Shown piece after piece: positions 56,688 to 64,000 of a stretch of DNA of 64,000 nt (position 1 is the stretch's first letter; each line of letters opens with the position of its first letter). Position numbers and translations under genes: made by a program. The notes below the pieces were generated by a model, which saw only the letters and a program-made list of their open reading frames with translations, did not search any database and had not been told where the DNA came from. The stretch is from an uncultured virus (IMG/VR IMGVR_UViG_3300028833_000093) (taxonomy: Duplodnaviria > Heunggongvirae > Uroviricota > Caudoviricetes), in IMG/VR virus record IMGVR_UViG_3300028833_000093; one strand, 5' to 3'.

Positions 56688-57746
56688 TTATCTAACTCCT
56701 AAATCTTCTGATTTAATATGAATAACTCTTGAGTCATCGGAAGCAGTAAAGTTGTTATTGTCGTAGATTACCCAAATCATATGTTTAATCATTCTTGGTT
56801 TTTTTGGACGTGAGTTGGTGTAACCGTCAGTGAACCACATCACTAATTCCGGTTTTTTGTGGCTCTTCTTTAACATGGCTTCCAATTCTCGCATAACAAC
56901 ATCTTCAGCATTACCGCCACGACCATGAATATCAGCAATAGGTTTTGCATTACCAGCTTTTATTCTGGAAACCATAGATGGATCGAGAACGCCATCCGAT
57001 TTAATCATATCATTAGTCTCCATTTGTCGAATACCATCATCGTAATAGCAATAGGTAACCTTGGAAATGTTTTTGCGTTTACAAATAGTCCAGCATTCGG
57101 AAATGATGTTTTGTAACAGTTTATCTGATACAGAACCTGAACAGTCAATTAAGAAAATGACAGAATCAATTGCATTTTCACTCGGTTTATCGTATTTTTT
57201 GATTTCGTCTTGAGCTAACCACTTTTTCTTACCCAATTTTGTCTCGTTATCAACATTAGATAATGCTCTACCTACATATTTTCTCAAATCGCCTTTCCAA
57301 TCATGTGAAGTCATGTAATAATCTTTGAAACGAGACACGATGTTACCTTTTCCAGGTGAATTATTCTTACTACATGACTCGATTGCTGCTTCTTTCCAGT
57401 CGTTGGAGAGTGATGCTGCGCTTTTTACATTACAATCTTCCTCACTATATCCTTCTGAACGAGCTATCTCTGCTCCTGCTTCCTGTGAAATCACCCCACC
57501 AGCAGAGCTACATGACTGGGCTGCTTCTTTACGGGATTTCTCACTGGCTTGAGAATTACCTGAACCTTTGTTTGCATTCTTATCCGCTTTCTTTTGGTCT
57601 TGTGGATTTAATTGTGGCATTTCTCTACCATCTCCGGTTCCTGCTCCGCCGGCTTGAGAATTTTGATTATTATTTCCAGCAATCATATCTTTGAGTGCTT
57701 TAATCGCTGCCTCGTAACCTTCTTTATATTCTTTAGATTTTGCCAT
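56688..57746 (-). CDS. VWA-like domain protein (DUF2201 C-terminal type)
   Basis: DWK..LR, MIDAS motif IDCSGS, GRGG, FTDGY and WVI. Confidence 0.85.
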   Translation of the reverse strand: MAKSKEYKEGYEAAIKALKDMIAGNNNQNSQAGGAGTGDGREMPQLNPQDQKKADKNANKGSGNSQASEKSRKEAAQSCSSAGGVISQEAGAEIARSEGYSEEDCNVKSAASLSNDWKEAAIESCSKNNSPGKGNIVSRFKDYYMTSHDWKGDLRKYVGRALSNVDNETKLGKKKWLAQDEIKKYDKPSENAIDSVIFLIDCSGSVSDKLLQNIISECWTICKRKNISKVTYCYYDDGIRQMETNDMIKSDGVLDPSMVSRIKAGNAKPIADIHGRGGNAEDVVMRELEAMLKKSHKKPELVMWFTDGYTNSRPKKPRMIKHMIWVIYDNNNFTASDDSRVIHIKSEDLGVR

Positions 57747-57751
57747 AAAAA

Positions 57752-58393
57752 TTACAATTTAATTTTACCATTACGATAATCTTCAAGTGCTTTATTCCAG
57801 CCTTCAATGAAATCCGGTGATTTTGGGGTGTTATCTGAACCATTACCACCTTGTCCTGGTTGACTTTCCCCTTCTCCACTTTCACCAGATCCTTCTTGAC
57901 CGCCTTTCTGTGTTTGTGGAGCGGCGGGTCCAGATGGGTGTAATGCATAAATATGCTCGTAAGACATACCTTGATATTTCTCACTAAATAAATATGGAGC
58001 CAAATCAGATTTTGATACCACACCATCCGCTTCCAACAAACCATTTACCTCATAATCTGCTGCAATATTAGAAAGATTACGGTCATGATTTTTACCTCTG
58101 GCCATGTGATCTAGCGCGCAATGCATTACCTCGTGCATCATAACAAATGCCTTCATCCGGATAGATAATTCGGATGTAAACTCAGGATTAACTAACAAAC
58201 GTACACCGTCGGTGGCTTGAGTAGGAACCTGGAAAGTATAAATCCATTTGAGATTTCTAAGAAGTGATGAGAAAAATGGGAAACTGGAATCTATATAAAC
58301 CATTGCTAATCGTTGGTCAATTAGCAATTGTTTCATATCAATTTTATGTCCTGTGTTGGGATTAATACACCAATCCTGATCTTCGAGTTTCAT
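57752..58393 (-). CDS. metallopeptidase-like protein (DUF2201 N-terminal type)
   Basis: PFF..L, VPTQATDG..L.VNPEF, HEVMH..LDH..R and NIAADYEVN. Confidence 0.85.
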   Translation of the reverse strand: MKLEDQDWCINPNTGHKIDMKQLLIDQRLAMVYIDSSFPFFSSLLRNLKWIYTFQVPTQATDGVRLLVNPEFTSELSIRMKAFVMMHEVMHCALDHMARGKNHDRNLSNIAADYEVNGLLEADGVVSKSDLAPYLFSEKYQGMSYEHIYALHPSGPAAPQTQKGGQEGSGESGEGESQPGQGGNGSDNTPKSPDFIEGWNKALEDYRNGKIKL

Positions 58394-58397
58394 ATAA

Positions 58398-58691
58398 TTA
58401 TATTAAGCTTAATTCCGAACCGGTAAGAACATCAATATTAGTACCACTAGCAGGACCCACAGCGCATGAGGCAGTAACAATACCATTGATTGTACCAACT
58501 ACTTGTGCTTGAGAAACAAAGTTTAATACTGCATCGGCAATAGCCGGGGCTCCTTTTTGTGCGAATTTCATAGCAATATTATCACCTTCATCGCCACCGC
58601 CATAAATAAAGGTAGCTTTATAGGCATCGTAAAGAGCCTTTTGTATATCCGATTGTAATTTTGCTTTCGCAGCATTTAATCCTATTCCCAT
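58398..58691 (-). CDS. hypothetical protein
   Basis: 97-aa ORF in the minus-strand operon. Confidence 0.7.
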   Translation of the reverse strand: MGIGLNAAKAKLQSDIQKALYDAYKATFIYGGGDEGDNIAMKFAQKGAPAIADAVLNFVSQAQVVGTINGIVTASCAVGPASGTNIDVLTGSELSLI

Positions 58692-58692
58692 A

Positions 58693-59016
58693 TCAGTCTA
58701 ACCGTAAATTATTTGTTTTGTCTATTATATTTAATATATCAATATCATTGCAAAAATTAACATTGTTGAATACAGTTGTTTCATCAAAATATTTCTCCAT
58801 CTCATCTACAAATTTATCGTAACTTGAATTGCAATTTATAACAACTCGATGAGTGTTATTGATGAAATAATTCTTCAATATAACGTTATCGAATATTACA
58901 TACTTATCGTTTATACAGTAATAAAGCAGATCGTCGACATCACTAAATGTATAAAGATGAATAACGTTCTGCTTTAACCGGTCTTTCAAACTATTTGTAT
59001 CTAAATTATCTAACAT
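58693..59016 (-). CDS. hypothetical protein
   Basis: Start reassigned to MLDNLD to reduce overlap with the upstream gene. Confidence 0.6.
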   Translation of the reverse strand: MLDNLDTNSLKDRLKQNVIHLYTFSDVDDLLYYCINDKYVIFDNVILKNYFINNTHRVVINCNSSYDKFVDEMEKYFDETTVFNNVNFCNDIDILNIIDKTNNLRLD

Positions 59017-59341
59017 CTTCCAAAAATTCAATGCTGAATATCTTTGAACCCTCTGGAATATCACACATTCGGCTGTATACATTACCGAGAATGAATTTAC
59101 CTTCTGTGATACGTACTGCTTGAGAATTTTGGTTCATCTCTTTAATGAGTTGGTCCATTGTATCAAATGTTTTCATCTCAACAAAATACCCGGATGATAA
59201 CTCATAGGTATTGTTATTGTTAATTCCGAAAACACCATCTTGAATTTGATAGTTTTCTAAAATTTTGGTTATATCGTTAGCAAATTTAGCTCTTTCTTGA
59301 ATGCTCTCTACTTGCAACTGAATATATGATTTAGTCCACAT
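59006..59341 (-). CDS. hypothetical protein
   Basis: 111-aa ORF. Confidence 0.65.
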   Translation of the reverse strand: MWTKSYIQLQVESIQERAKFANDITKILENYQIQDGVFGINNNNTYELSSGYFVEMKTFDTMDQLIKEMNQNSQAVRITEGKFILGNVYSRMCDIPEGSKIFSIEFLEDVR

Positions 59342-59353
59342 TATCCCTATATG

Positions 59354-60067
59354 TTATTTTTTAAAAATATTTTCAATTTCACGTTGGCACTTATATACTT
59401 CGGTGATGCTAATTGCATTTTTCTTACAATTAACAAACACCAATGTGCCTACAATTATACCACTGTCGTTAGCGATATTTATAAGAGCACAAGATTTTGC
59501 GTCTAAGTAAAGAAGTTGTTGCTCTAAATATCGATCTACATGTTTTACTTCATCTATTTCGTAATAGAAAGCTCTAGCGGAGCTTTCAAAGTTTGGATCT
59601 AATAAAATATCGTATCTTGCAACAATGTCGTCTTTGAATTTCTCACTTGGTACATAAGGTACATTGTCCTTTGCTACCTCAAGAGTCAAATCGAAACGAC
59701 AGAATTGAATACCTGACATTACATTTTCTACACCATTGTGAAATTCAAATAAGAATATATAATCGGAACCGGTTGTTTCTAGGTATTCTTTCAGAGTGTT
59801 TTTTGCAAGAGCGTATGTTTGTTTTGCGCGTTCAAATTGGAGTTTATGTTCTTCTTTGATTTGTTTATCTCTTTCGTCTAATGATTGTACAACTGCTTCA
59901 GAAGTATTTTGTTTGTTGATTGTGCTATATACGATTGGCCCAATAATTGGTGCCACCATCAGATATACGATTAGAATTACAGCCAATACCTGAAACCAGG
60001 TTTTATCCGCCCAATTTTCAAATGCTTTTGCTATAATCGTATCCCTTGTGTTTGAGGTCTCAGCCAT
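59354..60067 (-). CDS. putative holin (T4 gpT-like: single TM plus GAF-like periplasmic domain)
   Basis: One N-terminal TM; L...GSDYIFLFEFHNG and GIIVGTLVF patterns. Confidence 0.55.
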   Translation of the reverse strand: MAETSNTRDTIIAKAFENWADKTWFQVLAVILIVYLMVAPIIGPIVYSTINKQNTSEAVVQSLDERDKQIKEEHKLQFERAKQTYALAKNTLKEYLETTGSDYIFLFEFHNGVENVMSGIQFCRFDLTLEVAKDNVPYVPSEKFKDDIVARYDILLDPNFESSARAFYYEIDEVKHVDRYLEQQLLYLDAKSCALINIANDSGIIVGTLVFVNCKKNAISITEVYKCQREIENIFKK

Positions 60068-60120
60068 TTATTTATACTTGTTTAATTTGCTGATATAATA
60101 AAGATAATTGAGATAAGTTT

Positions 60121-60711
60121 TTAATCCGATTTTGCCTTGTAGTAATTGCTCAAGAAGTAGGCGTCAGCTAAATCGTCGATTTTTATATCTTTTATCTCTT
60201 TCAAGTGTTTTTCAATCATCAACCAAGAGAATATCATATGTTCTTTATCTGCATTACCTAATCCAGTAGCGAACTTCTTGTTTTGTGATGGCGAGACAAT
60301 GGTAAACTTCACACCCAATTCAATCAGTATATTGCGAATAGCGAAGTTCAACCCAGAAAGGTCTACTAATGCAGCAGAACCGAGTGAACCATACGATACA
60401 CCTTCCATAAACACTTCACAATTATTTATATTATCTCCTCCATACCATTCTAAACTCGCTTTTATAATCTGCTTTACACGTACGCATATATTATATATAT
60501 TGTATGCTTTGTTGAATTCCACTTGTGCATATTCATTCAATTTCTTGTTGGTGTCTTCTTTCTCATACGGTAAGTATTGTATATAATCATTCTTAAATGC
60601 ACTCATCTTCTTGGTCATTTTTGAAGTGATAATATAGTATTTGCACTTACCATCTACATTGACACATATACCTGTAGAATTCAAAGATGGATCAATTCCT
60701 ATATAAACCAT
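60121..60711 (-). CDS. ruvC: RuvC-like Holliday junction resolvase
   Basis: IGIDPSLNSTG, FMEG, PSQNKKFATGLGNADK and DDLADAY. Confidence 0.9.
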   Translation of the reverse strand: MVYIGIDPSLNSTGICVNVDGKCKYYIITSKMTKKMSAFKNDYIQYLPYEKEDTNKKLNEYAQVEFNKAYNIYNICVRVKQIIKASLEWYGGDNINNCEVFMEGVSYGSLGSAALVDLSGLNFAIRNILIELGVKFTIVSPSQNKKFATGLGNADKEHMIFSWLMIEKHLKEIKDIKIDDLADAYFLSNYYKAKSD

Positions 60712-60763
60712 GTTAACTTTTGACTTTTATTTAATATATTAAATTACAAACAATAATTCATAA

Positions 60764-61384
60764 ATGTCAATATTAAAATCTACCACATCAGGACGATACA
60801 AAGTAATCTCTGATTATCTAAAAAAGAAATACTCGGAGATAGATCTTTGGGATGGTAGACCTAAAGTAGAATATGACATTATAGAAGGTAGAGATAATTA
60901 TACTGTTCTATTAAAACCTAAAGTACAGGGAACAATAGTAAACGTAAATGGAAATGAATTTCCTTGTAAGATGATATTCGACAATAAACCATACGTAGTA
61001 TTTGAGTGGTTCAATAATCCTAAACAATTTGATTTGATAGATAGACATTTTTATATAAATTGTAGTCATTATATATTTAGAATGTGTACTATTAAAGAGA
61101 GCCAAGAAAAATTTTTATCACATAACTACAAACACATAACCTGGTCAGATATTTTTGTCGATGAAAATTTCTTTACGGAAATATTACCGAAGTACAATAT
61201 AATATTATCTGATTTTATTGACCACATGATTGAAAATAATAATACACTGTGGATTAAAGAATATGTGGAGAGTAAAGAATATAATTTTGCTTCTCCCGTA
61301 TTTCCAAGAACTTTCACATATACGAAGATAGACAATGAAGAACTAAAAAATATAAAACCGTATATACAAGATTTTATGCACTAA
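60764..61384 (+). CDS. hypothetical protein, SILxSTxSG family without the pro-leader
   Basis: Begins MSILKSTTSG. Confidence 0.7.
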   Translation: MSILKSTTSGRYKVISDYLKKKYSEIDLWDGRPKVEYDIIEGRDNYTVLLKPKVQGTIVNVNGNEFPCKMIFDNKPYVVFEWFNNPKQFDLIDRHFYINCSHYIFRMCTIKESQEKFLSHNYKHITWSDIFVDENFFTEILPKYNIILSDFIDHMIENNNTLWIKEYVESKEYNFASPVFPRTFTYTKIDNEELKNIKPYIQDFMH

Positions 61385-61453
61385 AATTACTTTTCTTTTT
61401 CATTTGAATAGTTTTATTATTTAGTAAAGCAAAAAAATAATAGCGCTATTTAT

Positions 61454-63085
61454 ATGAAAACATTAAAAGAACAATTTGAAGGAAATGAATTGTCTTCATA
61501 TTTGAACTCAAAAACTGTAAATGAAGGTACAGTTGGCGATTTCTTGAAAAAGACCTGGGATTATCTAAAAGGAAAAATTGCTCAAATCGGAGATTGGTTT
61601 GTAAGTGTAATCGGTGAAAAAGTATTACCTGTAATGCTTCCTATCACATCACAAATCGCATTAAAGAGCAAACCAGTTGCTGGTGTACATTGGTTAGGTA
61701 ATTCTGAAGATAAGAAATTCTCAGGAGTAAATACAAATCCAGAGGCAATTTTGAAGACAAGACCTTCTACTTTGCAAGTTTGGCAAGAAGCAGCAAAAAG
61801 AAAAGTTGTAGAAGCAAAAGAAAGTAAAACCTTTAATCAAATTTTAGAAGTGTTAAAATTAGCATCAGACGACAATCAAATCCGTAACATTGACGGAGCA
61901 GAGTTAGAAAGACTCATTGAAATGGTATTAAGAAAAGGTTCAGAAGCAAGACCATTACTTGTATGGGGTGCTCCTGGTATCGGTAAAACTGCTATTATCA
62001 ATGCTGTATTGAAGAAAGTAAAAGGTACAGATTCTCGTTTGTTAGACTTCCAATTGTCTATGAAAGAGCATGATGACTTCTTCTTACCTTCATACAATGT
62101 GAATAAGACAAAAGCAGTTGACCTTCCAAAATCTTATTTGCCTGTTTGGGAAGATCTAGACTCAATGACCGATGAAGAACGTAAGAAAGCTGATGAAGAT
62201 TGTGGTAGAGGATTAATTTTCTTGGATGAGTTGTCTCGTGCAAAACCGCAAGTACAAGACGTTTGTTTGAAACTTGTAGATGAAAGAAAACTTGGTGAAA
62301 AATATAAATTAGGTTCAGGTTGGTCAGTAATTGCAGCATCTAACCGTATGGAAGACGATATGGACACTCAACACGATTTGTCATTAGCTCTTGCAAACCG
62401 TTTCCGTCAAGTCAACTATTCACCGACTTGTAAATCTTGGAGAAAATGGGCAGATAAACAAGGTTATATGAACAAACACGTTCTTGACTGGTTGGAGCAA
62501 AACGAAAAATACTTCTACTACCAAGACAATGACGATACAAAGATTTATGCAACACCTCGTGCATGGGAAGGTGCATGTAAAGCTCTTGCTGATATGAGTT
62601 ATACGGCAGACGAGGAAGGATTCGATTTGTTAGCATTACCAGATGACGTGATAATGGGAGAAGTTCAAGACTACGTAGGTTTAACAGCAGCACGTGCATT
62701 TATGGATTATGTAAAACTTATGCGTACTATTGATATGGAACAATTGAAATTAGTTCTTACTGATCCGGACAAAGCTCCGCTTCCAAAGAAAGAAGGTAGT
62801 ACATATAAATTGGATATCATCTATATTATCACTACTACTATCGTTTCATTCTTAAAAACACAACCAGATCCAAAAACATTTGAAAATATCTGTAAGTATT
62901 ATGCAAGAATGAAAGATGAAAGTGCTGCTGGTAAGATGTTCTCAATGATTACTCATAAATTTGAAGAAATTAATAAAGGATTTGGAGAAAGTAATGAACC
63001 CGGCTGGAATGCTGATTACAAACCTGCATTGGATATCTTAATTGCTGCTTATCCTGAGTGGGAAAACGCTAATTTCGATGCATAA
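61454..63085 (+). CDS. MoxR-like AAA+ ATPase with an N-terminal extension
   Basis: Walker A GAPGIGKT, Walker B IFLDE, ASNR, LANRF and TPRAWE; late motif at 61414-61421. Confidence 0.9.
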   Translation: MKTLKEQFEGNELSSYLNSKTVNEGTVGDFLKKTWDYLKGKIAQIGDWFVSVIGEKVLPVMLPITSQIALKSKPVAGVHWLGNSEDKKFSGVNTNPEAILKTRPSTLQVWQEAAKRKVVEAKESKTFNQILEVLKLASDDNQIRNIDGAELERLIEMVLRKGSEARPLLVWGAPGIGKTAIINAVLKKVKGTDSRLLDFQLSMKEHDDFFLPSYNVNKTKAVDLPKSYLPVWEDLDSMTDEERKKADEDCGRGLIFLDELSRAKPQVQDVCLKLVDERKLGEKYKLGSGWSVIAASNRMEDDMDTQHDLSLALANRFRQVNYSPTCKSWRKWADKQGYMNKHVLDWLEQNEKYFYYQDNDDTKIYATPRAWEGACKALADMSYTADEEGFDLLALPDDVIMGEVQDYVGLTAARAFMDYVKLMRTIDMEQLKLVLTDPDKAPLPKKEGSTYKLDIIYIITTTIVSFLKTQPDPKTFENICKYYARMKDESAAGKMFSMITHKFEEINKGFGESNEPGWNADYKPALDILIAAYPEWENANFDA

Positions 63086-63113
63086 ATAAAGCATTTTATT
63101 GAAAATGTTACAG

Positions 63114-63150
63114 AAAATGAGACAGAAAGTTAATTTTCTGTCTCATTTTT
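63114..63150 (+). terminator. intrinsic terminator
   Basis: AAAATGAGACAGAAA-GTTAAT-TTTCTGTCTCATTTTT. Confidence 0.8.
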
Positions 63151-63185
63151 ATATGTTTATGCGATGAAAAAACTAAAATTGAATA

Positions 63186-63380
63186 ATGACAGACCTATTA
63201 CACTCCCTAAGGATAGGTGATGAACTATATAGTCCACTTTGTGGTGATTGCAAAGTAGTTGTCCTTGATAGTGAGGAAATTTTTTGTATAACAGTTCGTA
63301 CTCCTTATGGGACAGATTTTGATTTCGACCGTTTTGGCAGGTATGCAGTAGGGGGTGCACCATTGCTATTTAGAAAGTAA
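63186..63380 (+). CDS. hypothetical protein
   Basis: IGDELYSPLCG...FDRFGRY...LF. Confidence 0.6.
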   Translation: MTDLLHSLRIGDELYSPLCGDCKVVVLDSEEIFCITVRTPYGTDFDFDRFGRYAVGGAPLLFRK

Positions 63381-63470
63381 AAATCAAAATAACTACTATT
63401 GATTATGAAGCTCGGCATGTAAATTGTTGAGCTTTATTTTTTTATTATATACACAAATTAGTATAATAGT

Positions 63471-64000
63471 GTGGGTTGTATTATAAAAAGAATATTACAA
63501 TTTCAGGATTCAGTAGTTTTTGGTCCCGTTAAAATCATAGATAACACCGGAGCTGATGTAACAAATACATGTTTATTCAGTTGGTCTGATGATATGGTAT
63601 GCTGGACAAATTGGGTGAACTACAAAACATACTTGAATTTAGCTAAAAACCTCGAAAGTGATTTCTTCTTAAGAGTATTGGTTATCACAACAGTAAATAG
63701 GGTTTTCATCAATAATATGGAAACCAATTGTTACAGTCTTTGTCTGTATAATCCAAATCCTTTTTTAGAAGATTTATGTAATCAAACACTATTCAATCCT
63801 TATGCCGGTCTGGATTGCGCTTTGCTTTTACAGAACCAACTAGCGAACAGCGTAATCTGTATGCTGGGAATTCCAATCTATTATTTCCGAGTACTTCCAC
63901 AGAAAGATACAGCAGATTACACTTTCAAGGAGTATATCATGCATAATGTTGAAAGCGTAAAGCAGATGAAGATGATGATCCAAGATGGAACAATGCCTTC
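63471..64000 (+). CDS. probable neck protein (T4 gp14-like), 3'-truncated
   Basis: Frame open from GTG at 63471 to the window end; LANSVICMLGIPIYYFRV...DYTFKEY resembles gp14; TTATTATA at about 63442. Confidence 0.55.
   Translation, partial: MGCIIKRILQFQDSVVFGPVKIIDNTGADVTNTCLFSWSDDMVCWTNWVNYKTYLNLAKNLESDFFLRVLVITTVNRVFINNMETNCYSLCLYNPNPFLEDLCNQTLFNPYAGLDCALLLQNQLANSVICMLGIPIYYFRVLPQKDTADYTFKEYIMHNVESVKQMKMMIQDGTMP

Noticed and set aside
1..64000. Stop-codon reassignment (TAG=Gln as in some gut megaphages, or TGA recoding)
   Set aside because: Conserved genes are full length in the standard code; TGA ends genes in ATGA overlaps; the few TAG stops seen (49042, 55771) do not interrupt domains
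1..64000. tRNA or rRNA genes
   Set aside because: No cloverleaf or T-loop consensus found in the intergenic gaps

Overview
AT-rich 64-kb segment of a large T4-like (jumbo-type) myophage genome. The host is probably an anaerobic Bacteroidota species; this is inferred from A-rich leaders that mostly lack Shine-Dalgarno sites, a clostridial-type ferredoxin, and the amidase and holin types. Recognisable core genes: portal (gp20), tail tube (gp19), head completion nuclease (gp4), gp26- and gp51-like hub/chaperone genes, a partial gp14-like neck gene, probable tape measure, RNase H, gp47/Mre11 nuclease, RuvC, a sigma-70-family factor, thymidine kinase, NDP kinase, IMPDH/GMP reductase, a CofE-like ligase, an amidase endolysin, a T-like holin and a MoxR/VWA/metallopeptidase set. 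About 4.8-25.5 kb is a minus-strand cluster of modular fibre/adhesin-like genes (Cys-containing LRR-like solenoids, collagen, adaptor peptides). The most striking observation is in that cluster. Three genes share an unrecognised C-terminal domain with a basic patch, and each is immediately followed by its own structured non-coding element (10155-10272, 11064-11148, 18400-18542). Two of these elements are built from three tri-loop hairpins with compensatory base changes and carry a candidate late promoter and terminator. This suggests an undescribed protein + cognate small-RNA module, possibly a ribonucleoprotein virion appendage. Two promoter classes and a family of T4-like capsid-targeting leaders (on a sigma factor, NDK and an AAA ATPase, among others) are also visible. 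All calls come from motif recognition by eye; no database searches were run.
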